Below, one piece after another: positions 1 through 9,445 of a DNA stretch of 64,000 nt. Numbering within the stretch: the stretch's first letter is position 1; each line of letters opens with the position of its first letter. The notes beneath the pieces were generated by a model that had not been told where the DNA came from, did no database searches, and saw only the letters and a list, made by a program, of their open reading frames with translations. Location: the UHGV virus genome UHGV-0311442. One strand, given 5' to 3'. The position numbers and the translations under genes are program-made. This stretch comes from a virus.

Positions 1-298
1 CGTTCTGCTTAAAGCCGGTGTCATTATCCCCTAAAACTATGGAGTTCCCACCTAAAGCATTGGCGGTTCCAATACCCAATGCTCCATTCAATTGACCGCC
101 AGATAATGGCAACGCCCCAACGTCGGCAGCAGTTGGCTTGTTTCTCGTATTGTACACGCGACGCCAACCTGGTGAGTAAGTATCGCCGTTAAATACGTAG
201 ATAAACTCCGCATTAGTGAGTGCGCCGGAGACGCTCGTCGTTGTGGCGGTCGTTATACGGATCGTGTAGTTGTTTGTGCTATTGCCATTACTAATCAC
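1..298 (-). CDS. Second tail-fibre gene, N-terminal part only (continues past window start); no ATG, so GTG start at 298-296 coupled to the upstream stop, or frameshift fusion
   Basis: Minus-strand frame open from stop at 319-317 to the window edge; translation ...NGDTYSPGWRRVYNTRNKPTAADVGALPLSGGQLNGALGIGTANALGG... resembles the conserved N-terminal motif of phage tail fibres; different frame from 291..3863. Confidence 0.45.
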   Translation of the reverse strand, partial: MISNGNSTNNYTIRITTATTTSVSGALTNAEFIYVFNGDTYSPGWRRVYNTRNKPTAADVGALPLSGGQLNGALGIGTANALGGNSIVLGDNDTGFKQN

Positions 299-3200
299 TT
301 CTATAACGGCCCCAGCTAACGGAATAGCCCCCACAACCCGTCTCGCTGTGTGGTATGTGCGCACTAGCGGCATAAGCCCATGCACAGCGAGCAACCCACG
401 ATCTTGTGGTAAATGCGCCGTTATTTTTCAATAACGTCACTAGCTGTGCTGTAGTTATTGCAGCGCCATCAGCGCCAGTTTCTAACCAACCACTAGGTGA
501 TGCCGGGCAACCTATATCGGCAGGCCCTAACGATATATTTCTAGTGCCGTCAAATGCGATACCGTTAATGGTACGAGCTGTCTGCAACTTTGTGGCCGTG
601 GCTGCGTTTCCGGTAGTCGACTGATTACCAGTCTGGTTTACACCAGGTAAACTGATGTCTTTAGTACCATCAAAAGCCACACCGCCTATATTTCGCGCAG
701 TCTGAAGTTTAGTCGCTGTCGCAGCATTACCTGACGTATTCTGGTTACCGGCTTGGTTAACCCCCGGTAAATTGATATCCCCAGTACCGTCAAAGGTAAC
801 GCCACCTATTCTTCGAGCGGTTTTCAGTTTCGTCGCGGTAGCGGCATTGCCGGTAGTATCTTGATTACCTGTGGCATTTACGCCAGGAATGCTGTCACGG
901 GCAGTATAAACTTGTGCCCAATCTGACCACGGTGCATCGTTAGTGTCTCGACGACTACGAATATAAACTGGCGCGTGCGCACCGCTCGTGCCAGACCAAC
1001 CGATTAACAGTTCACCTTCACCCACTGCGGTAGAGCCACCCAAATGCAGCAAGTTACCATAAGCGGTCGGATAACCGTTATTGTAAACTTCGTACATCTG
1101 AATACCGGGTGTACCTTTGTTTGAACCGGATAGAGCAGTAACCCGACCACGGCCCACCAGGGTGTTGATATTGATGTCAGCAGAACCATCGAATCTCACG
1201 CCGTTAATATTTCTGGCAGTTTGAAGTTTAGTGGCTGTACCAGCATTACCCGTGGTGTTTTGATTACCCTGTTGGTTAACACCTGGGAGGTTAACGTCGC
1301 CGCTACCATCGAAGGCGACCCCACCAATTCTACGCGCCGTCTTTAATTTAGTGGCGGTTGAAGCGTTGCCTGTTAACTCACCTGCTAACCCTTTTGCAAA
1401 GGTCTGTTTTTCTGCCCAGGTGTGCGAAGCGCTCAATACAGGCATCTGCCGTGGAGTAATAGTACGGTTACCTGGATTACCCGCAAGGCGAACAGCAAAG
1501 AATCGATAGTTGGCGGTAGACACTGTACTACGCCAAACCAACATACTCCGACCTGAGGATGCGCCATCTGATGGACCAACCAGAATGCTAACTAAGTTAC
1601 CGTCAATAACACCCCAATCCATTCCCGCAGGAATGTTTTTCATGGTGTTAAGTGGTGTACAGATTAACTCGCCCGGTTTAAAGTCATAGGTTTGCCAGTC
1701 TAAAGGATCAACATTCGCGCGTTCACCGCCGATACCTAATACCAACGGAAGCGAATACGATGTGAAAACCTCACGCCAGTCACTCCAAGCGTTACCCGTA
1801 CGGATACGTTGGAATTTACGACCTTTAGTTTCTGCACCCGTACCGTATGTAGTATAATTCTGTTCGACCCCTGTACCGTCTAAGCGTAAGGTAACTTCAC
1901 AAACGCCTAATATGGTTTCGCCAGAAGAACCGGTAAGTGGGCCGTTAGTTGCCTCACCAGTAACACTGAAACGACCCGGTTTAACGAGATCGTTAAAATT
2001 GGCTTTAAAGAAAGCACCGTCAGTCTGATAACCAACCTGAATCCAATCTTCCCATTGTGGGTTTGATGAATCCCACGTTGCAGTCAAACCACGGACATAC
2101 ATTGTACCACGACGCGTAGTGTATCGCTGCAACCGTCCGAAAAGACCACCTTCCATTACTTCTAGTACGCCTTGCGCACCACCACCTTCTTCAGGGTAAT
2201 GTCTGCTAAACACAGCCAGCGAACTGCTTGAGTTTCGCCAGTTACCCATATGCTCAGCGCCACCCAGAGAGTTCAAGTCTATAGAGGTAGATAACGGACG
2301 TACACCAGTAGTTACCATTCTCCACGGTGACCAGGGTCCATTGGCACCATTCCACGCACCTGACAACATACGGTTGTACACGTTACCATTACGACAGGTA
2401 AAACGTTGCGCACCGCTATAATTACCGGCTTTATACACTTCCAGATAACCGACCGCACCGTCTTCTGGGAAGTGTTTTGCCATCGACGCATTGGTTGATG
2501 TCGACTTAGCCCACGTTCCTGTGTAATTGGCATCTGGAGCAAATGTGTTAATATCAGCATCTACAGGCATTTCGCCACGGAAACGCAGATAGGTATCAGG
2601 AGATAGGCCGATGTTTCGAGCAAAAGTTTCTTTATCTGGGATATCAGCGCCGTTAGAGTTTTTCTGTAACGCACCATTCGCTTTATCTACGGTGGTTCTT
2701 AATCCCAAGAAATTGATGATATCCGCAGTTGACCCTTTCGCTAACAAGGATCTGGCCGTTTCTGTAAAATCCGTTAATCCGACATTATTACTGCCGGTGA
2801 AATACATGAGTTTGTTTGCCGCTGTGGTGACTGCGGCAATAGCGGTGAGTAACGGACTGAGAGGTTGTTTCTGCGCAAGCTCCTCAGTAATCGTTGTTGC
2901 GAAGTTAGGGTCATTACCTAACGCCTCAGCTAATTCCGCTAAGGTATTTAGCGTCTCGGGTGAAGAACCAACCAATTCCGCGATTGCGTCACGCACCCAG
3001 GACGTTGTGGAGATACTCGTGTCGTTCGAGTCCTTCGGCGGTTTTGGGGATGTCGGCTTACCCGTAAAATTCGGCGAATGTTTATTGGCTTTTAACTGTA
3101 ATTCGTCGTTCAGCTGTTTAACCGTGGACGGTGTGGCGGCCTCAGTCACAGATTCGCTAGTCAGTGTATTGTTAAGTTTAACAATGCCTTTACCGGTTGT

Positions 3201-3863
3201 AGTAGCGTCAACTAAACCCTGTGCAGCGATTTTCTCCGCACGTAGGGCGGCTGATTCCGATCGCGTTGCTGCACCTTCTGAACTTTCCTTATCTTTCGTG
3301 ACCTGTGCAGCAATCTTCTCCACTGCGCCTTTACTGGCCTCAACTGAAGCCGCAGTATTTTCAACGCTGGTAGCCGTCTGTTGAACTTGTCCGGCCTGTT
3401 GCGTAACCGTTTCTGCTTTCTTAGTTACATCAGCCGCTGCAGCCGTCACCGATTGTTCGCTTGTAGCGATAGCTTGAGCTTTCTCATTTACCGACTGTAA
3501 TACACTATCTACGGCAGTTTTCGCGGCTAAAACTTCAGCGTGTTTTTTGCTAACCTCAGCAGTTTTAGTGGCAACGGTTCCCGCTTGCTCGCTAACTGTG
3601 GAAGCTAACGTGTCAGTTTGTTGCTTCGCTGTTTCTGCTAAGTCTTTTGCTTGTGTGGCTTCTGTTGCAGACTGTTGCGATTTGGCCGCCGCCGTTTGTG
3701 CGTCAGCAACCGCGTTTCTGACGGTGTCAATATCCGCAACAATCTCGCGGACAGGTAACTGATAATCCCTTTCGTCTTTCGAAAAAAGTAAAACGCCTTC
3801 ACCGATATCCCCGGTGTATGGACGTAAATCGTGTAAACGAATTTTCTTTACCGCTTTAGCCAT
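291..3863 (-). CDS. Long tail fibre protein (1190 aa)
   Basis: N-terminal Ala/Thr/Gln-rich coiled coil; conserved fibre motifs HSPNFTGKPTSP and TLNTLAELAEALGNDPNFATT; C-terminal tandem 39-aa repeats (TGNAATATKLQTARxIxGVxFDGTxDIxLPGVNQxGNQ). Confidence 0.9.
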   Translation of the reverse strand: MAKAVKKIRLHDLRPYTGDIGEGVLLFSKDERDYQLPVREIVADIDTVRNAVADAQTAAAKSQQSATEATQAKDLAETAKQQTDTLASTVSEQAGTVATKTAEVSKKHAEVLAAKTAVDSVLQSVNEKAQAIATSEQSVTAAAADVTKKAETVTQQAGQVQQTATSVENTAASVEASKGAVEKIAAQVTKDKESSEGAATRSESAALRAEKIAAQGLVDATTTGKGIVKLNNTLTSESVTEAATPSTVKQLNDELQLKANKHSPNFTGKPTSPKPPKDSNDTSISTTSWVRDAIAELVGSSPETLNTLAELAEALGNDPNFATTITEELAQKQPLSPLLTAIAAVTTAANKLMYFTGSNNVGLTDFTETARSLLAKGSTADIINFLGLRTTVDKANGALQKNSNGADIPDKETFARNIGLSPDTYLRFRGEMPVDADINTFAPDANYTGTWAKSTSTNASMAKHFPEDGAVGYLEVYKAGNYSGAQRFTCRNGNVYNRMLSGAWNGANGPWSPWRMVTTGVRPLSTSIDLNSLGGAEHMGNWRNSSSSLAVFSRHYPEEGGGAQGVLEVMEGGLFGRLQRYTTRRGTMYVRGLTATWDSSNPQWEDWIQVGYQTDGAFFKANFNDLVKPGRFSVTGEATNGPLTGSSGETILGVCEVTLRLDGTGVEQNYTTYGTGAETKGRKFQRIRTGNAWSDWREVFTSYSLPLVLGIGGERANVDPLDWQTYDFKPGELICTPLNTMKNIPAGMDWGVIDGNLVSILVGPSDGASSGRSMLVWRSTVSTANYRFFAVRLAGNPGNRTITPRQMPVLSASHTWAEKQTFAKGLAGELTGNASTATKLKTARRIGGVAFDGSGDVNLPGVNQQGNQNTTGNAGTATKLQTARNINGVRFDGSADININTLVGRGRVTALSGSNKGTPGIQMYEVYNNGYPTAYGNLLHLGGSTAVGEGELLIGWSGTSGAHAPVYIRSRRDTNDAPWSDWAQVYTARDSIPGVNATGNQDTTGNAATATKLKTARRIGGVTFDGTGDINLPGVNQAGNQNTSGNAATATKLQTARNIGGVAFDGTKDISLPGVNQTGNQSTTGNAATATKLQTARTINGIAFDGTRNISLGPADIGCPASPSGWLETGADGAAITTAQLVTLLKNNGAFTTRSWVARCAWAYAASAHIPHSETGCGGYSVSWGRYRSD
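528..893 (-). repeat. Tandem 117-nt (39-aa) tail-fibre repeats, block 2 (3 copies)
   Basis: Three near-identical units encoding NQxTTGNAATATKLxTARxIGGVxFDGTxDIxLPGV. Confidence 0.8.
1158..1364 (-). repeat. Tail-fibre repeats, block 1 (about 2 copies)
   Basis: Same 39-aa unit, about 88 aa upstream of block 2. Confidence 0.7.
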
Positions 3864-4065
3864 GATATTTAATTCTCTATCGGGAGCTAAAAGATCTGAG
3901 GAAGTGTTTTACCCCTCAACATTTTTATAAGCGGATTATTATACTGGTTTTAATCCATCATCTTCTAACGTGAAAGTGATGCCCAACTCCGCGCTTCATG
4001 ATTTGGGATTTTTAAGTTTTGATAAAAGTTTGCTTTGGCCTCCATTACCGGTAAAACGGTCAAGT

Positions 4066-4512
4066 TCATGTAGCCGGGTTTTCTTCAGCTGTGTCGTCAT
4101 CTGGAACCTCAAAGGTAAGAACGGCATCATCACCAATACAGAAGATCGCATCATCTTCGTTTGCTAATGCTCGTTCTGTTGTATCGAATAACGTCACCAT
4201 AAACGCATTCATCCACGCAGGAGAATCGTCAGCAACGTTAACAGCAATGGGTTCGTTACCTAAGGTGATATCTGCAGCACGTAAATCTTCGGGTTGTAAG
4301 TTCGTTCCGCAGAATTCATTTACAACACCTAAAATGTCACGAAGGTTGTCTTCAGTACCGTCTAACGAAATCAAAATAGGTTCAGACGCTAACACTTCGT
4401 CCGCATCCAAACGGTCGTAATAAACAACCACAGAAGCACCATCAGGTTTCCTGATTTTTGTAATCTCTGTCAGTGTGTTACGACGCGAAGTGGTCGGGGA
4501 CGGGTTTGCCAT
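4066..4512 (-). CDS. Hypothetical acidic protein (148 aa); start trimmed to ATG at 4512
   Basis: The listed ORF start at 4671 sits inside the terminator hairpin of the upstream gene; internal Met chosen; acidic C-terminus. Confidence 0.5.
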   Translation of the reverse strand: MANPSPTTSRRNTLTEITKIRKPDGASVVVYYDRLDADEVLASEPILISLDGTEDNLRDILGVVNEFCGTNLQPEDLRAADITLGNEPIAVNVADDSPAWMNAFMVTLFDTTERALANEDDAIFCIGDDAVLTFEVPDDDTAEENPAT

Positions 4513-4640
4513 AGTGTTGCTAATACGGATTTCGTTTAGAGACAACCGTGAACCGTTATCGTGGTTGATTAAAGCGACCACTAATTCGGCTGAGGCCAGA
4601 CTTAAATCAGGTACGTAAGTAGTCACTAAAACCTCCCAGA

Positions 4641-4688
4641 TCAAAAAAAAATAAAAACACCTACCGCCCATAGAATCGGGCGGTAGGC
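4641..4688 (-). terminator. Rho-independent terminator
   Basis: 10-bp stem CCTACCGCCC/GGGCGGTAGG followed on the minus strand by a T-run of about 17 nt; 27 nt after the stop of 4714..5088. Confidence 0.8.
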
Positions 4689-4713
4689 GGTCATTTTACA
4701 GCTAAATATCAAA

Positions 4714-5088
4714 TCAGACCGTTAGTTCTCCACATAACTCAACGTCGATACCGAACGTCATTCCCACTTCTTGAAGTTTGTTCGCCAGTAGGTGACGATG
4801 ACAAAACTTACCTGCGGGACAATAGCACATCAAAACCAAATCTTCGTGTCTAAGCAACGAGACCAACGTTTCGGCATCGGTATCTAACAGTCGTTCGAGT
4901 TTGTACAAATACTTTACCGTGTATTCACGCTCAGCGGCAGCGTCTTGGGCAGAATTTTTATACGCCATTAGGAAATCCCAGTCGGGGGCGAGTTCCTTTC
5001 GCCCTGACTTCACAGTGATATCCACTGCGTGAAATCCTTTTTGCTTAGCTAACCGCCACTTAGCGAGTTGTAGCGTCCAGATACGCAT
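4714..5088 (-). CDS. DUF488-like protein (124 aa)
   Basis: C-terminal LMCYCPAGKFCHRHLLA resembles the DUF488 signature; ATGA stop/start coupling with the upstream gene. Confidence 0.5.
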   Translation of the reverse strand: MRIWTLQLAKWRLAKQKGFHAVDITVKSGRKELAPDWDFLMAYKNSAQDAAAEREYTVKYLYKLERLLDTDAETLVSLLRHEDLVLMCYCPAGKFCHRHLLANKLQEVGMTFGIDVELCGELTV

Positions 5089-5288
5089 TAGGAACGAGTC
5101 TGCGATTCAGCCATCAGCGCACAACTTTTTACAGCCTGTGCATGAAGCTCTGTACCTGGTGTGTAATCCTTTATACAATCCTGATACAATTCACGTTTTG
5201 TTTCTAGAACACGATTATCGTACTCAGCACTTGCTAGTGCACCTGCGATAAGGATAAAAACTAGAATCGGCAACCAAATTTTCATCAT
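5088..5288 (-). CDS. Small membrane protein (66 aa), paralog A
   Basis: N-terminal TM helix IWLPILVFILIAGALA, then a domain with two Cys (YQDC...KSCAL). Confidence 0.55.
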   Translation of the reverse strand: MMKIWLPILVFILIAGALASAEYDNRVLETKRELYQDCIKDYTPGTELHAQAVKSCALMAESQTRS

Positions 5289-5494
5289 CCATCTCCCATA
5301 CGTTTAGCGTATTCCGTACACGCCATTACTAATTCGGCGTAACGTGGATTATCTACAGTAGTACCTGACATACATTCACGGTAAAGGGTCTCTCTACGTG
5401 ATTCGTCAGACGTCTTAACGTAGAACATCAGCATCGATACAATCAGCGCAGTTGAAACAATTGCCGAGATGATATATCCGTCATTTATTTTCAT
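5285..5494 (-). CDS. Small membrane protein (69 aa), paralog B
   Basis: TM helix IISAIVSTALIVSMLMF, then YREC...MACTEY; same architecture as 5088..5288. Confidence 0.55.
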   Translation of the reverse strand: MKINDGYIISAIVSTALIVSMLMFYVKTSDESRRETLYRECMSGTTVDNPRYAELVMACTEYAKRMGDG

Positions 5495-6011
5495 CTATAA
5501 AACACCATGGTTCTGGATAAAACTCTGTAAGTAAATCAACGTAAAAACTATGTAAATTTGTTAGCGTTATAACACGCCCTAACAAATCATGCTCAGTACG
5601 GTGATAAATCACTACAGAAGTTTCTGATACACGTTTAACATGTATATGGCCCACATCTTTAATGCTCTGATACAATCGTCCGAAATCGACCGTACCGACC
5701 GCATCAGATGAGTCCGTAACCGAGTACCGTATACGTGGGGTTTCATTCCCCACCATCGATAAAAATTCCGCTGCTGTTATTGCATAAACCTGCCCTGAAA
5801 AGGATAGGTGGGGAATTACCTCTTTACGTAATGCACTACTTGAAATCTTAGCAAAGACCTGAGTTTCCTTTAGGCGCATTATTTCGCCCAATTTCTTCAA
5901 GTCTTTGTTATAATTCAGAAAAGCAACCACCTTTTCATCGTGCGTAATCGGCGGCCATTCGACCGCCTTTGCCCGACATTGCCTAAACCAACTCACAAGT
6001 CGCGCTATCAC
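5481..6011 (-). CDS. Hypothetical protein (176 aa)
   Basis: ORF in tightly packed minus-strand operon. Confidence 0.55.
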   Translation of the reverse strand: MIARLVSWFRQCRAKAVEWPPITHDEKVVAFLNYNKDLKKLGEIMRLKETQVFAKISSSALRKEVIPHLSFSGQVYAITAAEFLSMVGNETPRIRYSVTDSSDAVGTVDFGRLYQSIKDVGHIHVKRVSETSVVIYHRTEHDLLGRVITLTNLHSFYVDLLTEFYPEPWCFIDENK

Positions 6012-6013
6012 GT

Positions 6014-6706
6014 TTAGTAATCCTCTTCCTGATTCACTACCGATTGGATACGGGTTGCGACTTCGTTAGTGTCCAGGTCAGTTTCGTCTACTTTATCCAC
6101 GAGCTTCTGTACTTTACGTACATGGGATTCAGTAACATCAAAACGACCACGATCGGCTAACAGCAACGTTACCATATCCTTACGCGAAACCATCAGTTCT
6201 TCTTCAGGTAAGTGTAAGGATTTGTCTAACAGACCCGAATGCATGAAGTTTTCCAGTAAGCGTTCTTCTCCCTGGTCAAAATCATAACGTTCGTTAGGTG
6301 CAGCAACAAAAGCGTAACCGAAGTAGTTTTCTTCCGTCTCACGTAGCGACTTGATGATCTTGTCACCGTGTTGACAGAAATCACTTAACGTGTAGTCGTC
6401 AAGCGTTGCCACGATGGTTTCTGCTTGCACGCCGTTATCTGTTTCGTACAGATGCGCAACCCAGAGTTTCCAGTTACGTGGCTCGTCAAACAAACCACCG
6501 ATTAACATATCGGTAGCCGCCATGCGCATACGCGGTGACGTTGTAAACTGGAAACCACGACCTGCGTACGGACCGATAGGACGAATAGAGCTACCGACGA
6601 AAGTAATGCGGTTTAACGCATTCTCAGCAATAGTGTGCGCAGTGCGCTTAGCGGCTGCTTTCGGGTTATACTTTTTGTTACGAGGTTTCTTTTGTTTGGT
6701 AGCCAT
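6014..6706 (-). CDS. Hypothetical protein with basic N-terminus (230 aa)
   Basis: N-terminal KKPRNKKYNPKAAAKR; ORF in operon. Confidence 0.6.
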   Translation of the reverse strand: MATKQKKPRNKKYNPKAAAKRTAHTIAENALNRITFVGSSIRPIGPYAGRGFQFTTSPRMRMAATDMLIGGLFDEPRNWKLWVAHLYETDNGVQAETIVATLDDYTLSDFCQHGDKIIKSLRETEENYFGYAFVAAPNERYDFDQGEERLLENFMHSGLLDKSLHLPEEELMVSRKDMVTLLLADRGRFDVTESHVRKVQKLVDKVDETDLDTNEVATRIQSVVNQEEDY

Positions 6707-7188
6707 TATTTATTCTCAACTAATACGGTGTGAAATGCTTTATAAAGAGCTTGACGTGTCTCAACTAACGCAGGGCGATTAATCAAGCACATGTATCCGA
6801 TTTTCCAAGACCAGTAAGAAGTGTCATCGGTATTTAATCCATAGTCAGGTTCAAGATATACCAAATCCGTGTATGCATCTGGTATATAAAGACGACACAA
6901 ACTAAGATTCCAGAAATTCGGTAAATCTGATTTTGCAAGTTCGGTCATAACCTGCATTGGAATCTGACTTCCAATAGCGTCTGTTGCAAAAACGATATGC
7001 AAATTTCCAGGTGACTTAGAATACATACCGTGACCTTCACAACTCCACATTGTCGCCAAGTGCGGATGGTCGTTGATTAGCTTGCAGGTGTCACGAACAC
7101 CTTTTTCAATATAGCCGTTTTTAACTGCAAACTGAGCACGCTCTTTAAATGACGCCAACCTTTCTGCATCAACAGAAAATTGATTCAT
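6706..7188 (-). CDS. Hypothetical protein (160 aa)
   Basis: ORF with 1-nt stop/start overlap to the upstream gene. Confidence 0.55.
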   Translation of the reverse strand: MNQFSVDAERLASFKERAQFAVKNGYIEKGVRDTCKLINDHPHLATMWSCEGHGMYSKSPGNLHIVFATDAIGSQIPMQVMTELAKSDLPNFWNLSLCRLYIPDAYTDLVYLEPDYGLNTDDTSYWSWKIGYMCLINRPALVETRQALYKAFHTVLVENK

Positions 7189-7649
7189 GTTGGGTTCTTC
7201 CCTAAAATTATCTCACGCATTTCCAGGTAGGTGTCAAACGGCACCACGGTGTCTTTATAACGTAGCGTTACGTAGGTTACAAAATGTTGGGGTGCCAGGA
7301 AAGGACGTTTTGGTGACCCGTCGTGATTGTAATACTGCTTCGGACGATATTTGTTGAAAATATCTTCCCGTGGGAACAATGATTTCTGAATAACCACTTC
7401 CCAACGGTGTGGCGTTTCCAAGAGCCCAATACGGATCAGCATACCGTCTACCCACCGGCTCATGTTTTCGGTTAATACGAAACTGACGTGGTGGTGCTGT
7501 ACCTCTGCTAACGCGACTTCGGGTTCTTTATCCAGTCGCATTAATACCGCAAACAGTGGGCGATAATCAGAATCGTACAAGTCACGGAAAGCAGTTTTCT
7601 CACGCTGTTTAAACAACTCAACAATTTCTTTAGATTCGAAGTAATTCAT
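7185..7649 (-). CDS. Hypothetical protein (154 aa); start moved to ATG at 7649
   Basis: ATG at 7649 gives an ATGA overlap with the stop of 7646..8041. Confidence 0.5.
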   Translation of the reverse strand: MNYFESKEIVELFKQREKTAFRDLYDSDYRPLFAVLMRLDKEPEVALAEVQHHHVSFVLTENMSRWVDGMLIRIGLLETPHRWEVVIQKSLFPREDIFNKYRPKQYYNHDGSPKRPFLAPQHFVTYVTLRYKDTVVPFDTYLEMREIILGKNPT

Positions 7650-8041
7650 TTTGAAATCCCCAATTCGTAAGTAACTAAATCGAACAAACACATTTCCAGC
7701 ATCGCTTGATACAACGTGTGTTCCCCATTACCCACAAAACCATTGTTCAACATTTTATACGTATCTATTCCAAACATCGTCTTTACGTCTATAGGACGTT
7801 TTTCGAGAATACGTAATAGCGATATTTCCATTACAATCCAATAAGCAGGCTCAACCTTAATTCTGAATAACGGATTGATTTTACTTATTGTTTTATCCCA
7901 AATATTAAACCAGCGAACCCATTCTGTGCTATTCTGGGGTTTACGCAATCTAAGACGCGTATACGGTGAGTTGTTATATTGGTCGATAAATGTCCTAACG
8001 ACATCAGCTTTTCTTGACATTATACCTATTATTGCGGTCAT
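7646..8041 (-). CDS. Hypothetical protein (131 aa)
   Basis: ORF in operon. Confidence 0.5.
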   Translation of the reverse strand: MTAIIGIMSRKADVVRTFIDQYNNSPYTRLRLRKPQNSTEWVRWFNIWDKTISKINPLFRIKVEPAYWIVMEISLLRILEKRPIDVKTMFGIDTYKMLNNGFVGNGEHTLYQAMLEMCLFDLVTYELGISK

Positions 8042-8087
8042 CTCTATATTCTCCTAATCATTAAAATAGCCGCAGTTGTAAAAAAGA

Positions 8088-8609
8088 CTACGGGTTAAAA
8101 GGCAGCGGTTTGCAATCCCGCTTTTTCAACTCCTCTACTAACTCAGGTAATGTACACCAACGTTTAAATTGGTTGTTAGCTTTAAAGTGGCTGAGAATCT
8201 CCTCAATGCGCTCAATAGACCACTTCCCTTTCCCTACGTTGTCTAGATCCTTACGTACCGAGAGCGTCTCAATGGTAAACGCTAACTCTGAACTATCCGA
8301 GTGGTCGTACAACAATCTTACTGGTGTTGGTTGGTGTAGCGTAACACGCCACCCTGACTCTTTAGCCCAGTAGACGTCTTTAATTCGACCGCTGACGTCA
8401 ATTACGGAACTGATATAAGTCCAATCACTATCCAGTTTGTTCTTTTCGGCGGTTAATGCATCTTCTAATCGTAAGGAGTTAGGGGACGGAATCCACCAAC
8501 CGTACTTACCGTAATAATCGTCTATTACAGTAATACCTTCGTAATACAAATATTGTGTTTTTGTATTAACGAATATTTCATCGCCAATTAAAACCGCGTT
8601 TATCTTCAT
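8088..8609 (-). CDS. Hypothetical protein (173 aa)
   Basis: ORF; 4-nt overlap with upstream gene. Confidence 0.55.
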   Translation of the reverse strand: MKINAVLIGDEIFVNTKTQYLYYEGITVIDDYYGKYGWWIPSPNSLRLEDALTAEKNKLDSDWTYISSVIDVSGRIKDVYWAKESGWRVTLHQPTPVRLLYDHSDSSELAFTIETLSVRKDLDNVGKGKWSIERIEEILSHFKANNQFKRWCTLPELVEELKKRDCKPLPFNP

Positions 8610-9094
8610 CGTAAGTGCTTCCTGTAAAACAAGTCATAGGCGGTCGAGCTAGATGGATCAATAGAACCTACCAATGGCATAATTTTCTTTTCTGATATTC
8701 CAGTTGCCCAAGCAGCTCGCGCAAAACCTCCGCCAGAACCCGTTGTCCAAACCGCATTTTTATTTATTACAAACGTTTTAAACTTATCTGCTACTAATGT
8801 CAGCCAATGTGTTTCTTTAGCCGTAAAAATGACGATTTGATCGTATATTCGCTCTTTTTCGATAAGATCCGCAAGCAAGGGCTCAACCTTCTTACGTTTA
8901 TCCTCGTCTAAATATTCTTCTATAGCAGCGGTAATCGACATTTTCCAAAACTCGGTGTCCAGTACACGTTCACCTGTATAGAAAACAAACTTGTTTTTGT
9001 GTTTATGCAGTTTGGGCAATTCTTTAACCGTACCAGCATAATCCACAAGTCGGTCAGCTAAAATGTAATCCTTTGTTACCAATACCGTTGTCAT
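8606..9094 (-). CDS. Hypothetical protein (162 aa); start trimmed to ATG at 9094
   Basis: Listed N-terminus runs through the upstream terminator hairpin; ATG at 9094 has GAGG 7 nt upstream. Confidence 0.5.
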   Translation of the reverse strand: MTTVLVTKDYILADRLVDYAGTVKELPKLHKHKNKFVFYTGERVLDTEFWKMSITAAIEEYLDEDKRKKVEPLLADLIEKERIYDQIVIFTAKETHWLTLVADKFKTFVINKNAVWTTGSGGGFARAAWATGISEKKIMPLVGSIDPSSSTAYDLFYRKHLR

Positions 9095-9104
9095 CACACA
9101 CCTC

Positions 9105-9146
9105 GAAGAAAAATAAAAGTACCCTCTCTCCAGACGGAGAGAGGGG
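9105..9146 (-). terminator. Rho-independent terminator
   Basis: Stem CCCTCTCTCC/GGAGAGAGGG, loop AGAC, then minus-strand T-run; directly after the stop of 9153..9422. Confidence 0.8.
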
Positions 9147-9152
9147 CACTGC

Positions 9153-9422
9153 TTAAATCTTACGGCTGCTACCGTAGCAGCCACAACCTGCTGTCGTTTT
9201 CGCAGCACTGACCGGTGCTAACGCAGCCATCGTACCATCGGCCTTAACAATGTGTAAGTTATTTACGCGAGTCAGACCTTTAAAGGTAATCTTCACACCC
9301 TTGCGTAAACTCTTCACATCAAAACCGTCGAGTTTGAGTGTTTTAACCTTTTCAGGTTTACCTTCTTCGTAATAGGAAAGAACATTACCTGCACGTTTTT
9401 CAACAATATAAATCTTACCCAT
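9153..9422 (-). CDS. Small protein (89 aa) in its own promoter-to-terminator unit
   Basis: GGAG 10 nt upstream, conserved promoter-like motif upstream, terminator downstream; perfect 9-bp inverted repeat GGCTGCTAC-C-GTAGCAGCC at 9164-9182 in the last codons. Confidence 0.6.
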   Translation of the reverse strand: MGKIYIVEKRAGNVLSYYEEGKPEKVKTLKLDGFDVKSLRKGVKITFKGLTRVNNLHIVKADGTMAALAPVSAAKTTAGCGCYGSSRKI

Positions 9423-9445
9423 TTTAGATTACTCCATTTAGTTAA

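Noticed and set aside
2611-3384. Long plus-strand ORFs antisense to large minus-strand genes (2611-3384, 18500-19198, 35875-37008, 37075-38133, 50615-51922, 52110-53297, 54461-55369)
   Set aside because: They lie wholly inside well-supported genes on the other strand, have low-complexity products and lack RBSs; typical shadow ORFs.
4513-4671. N-terminal extension of ORF 4066-4671
   Set aside because: The extension runs through the terminator hairpin of the upstream gene; start trimmed to 4512.
8606-9208. GSGGG segment (WTTGSGGGFARAAW) as a possible tubulin/PhuZ signature
   Set aside because: It does not match the GGGTGSG tubulin motif and the protein is far too short.
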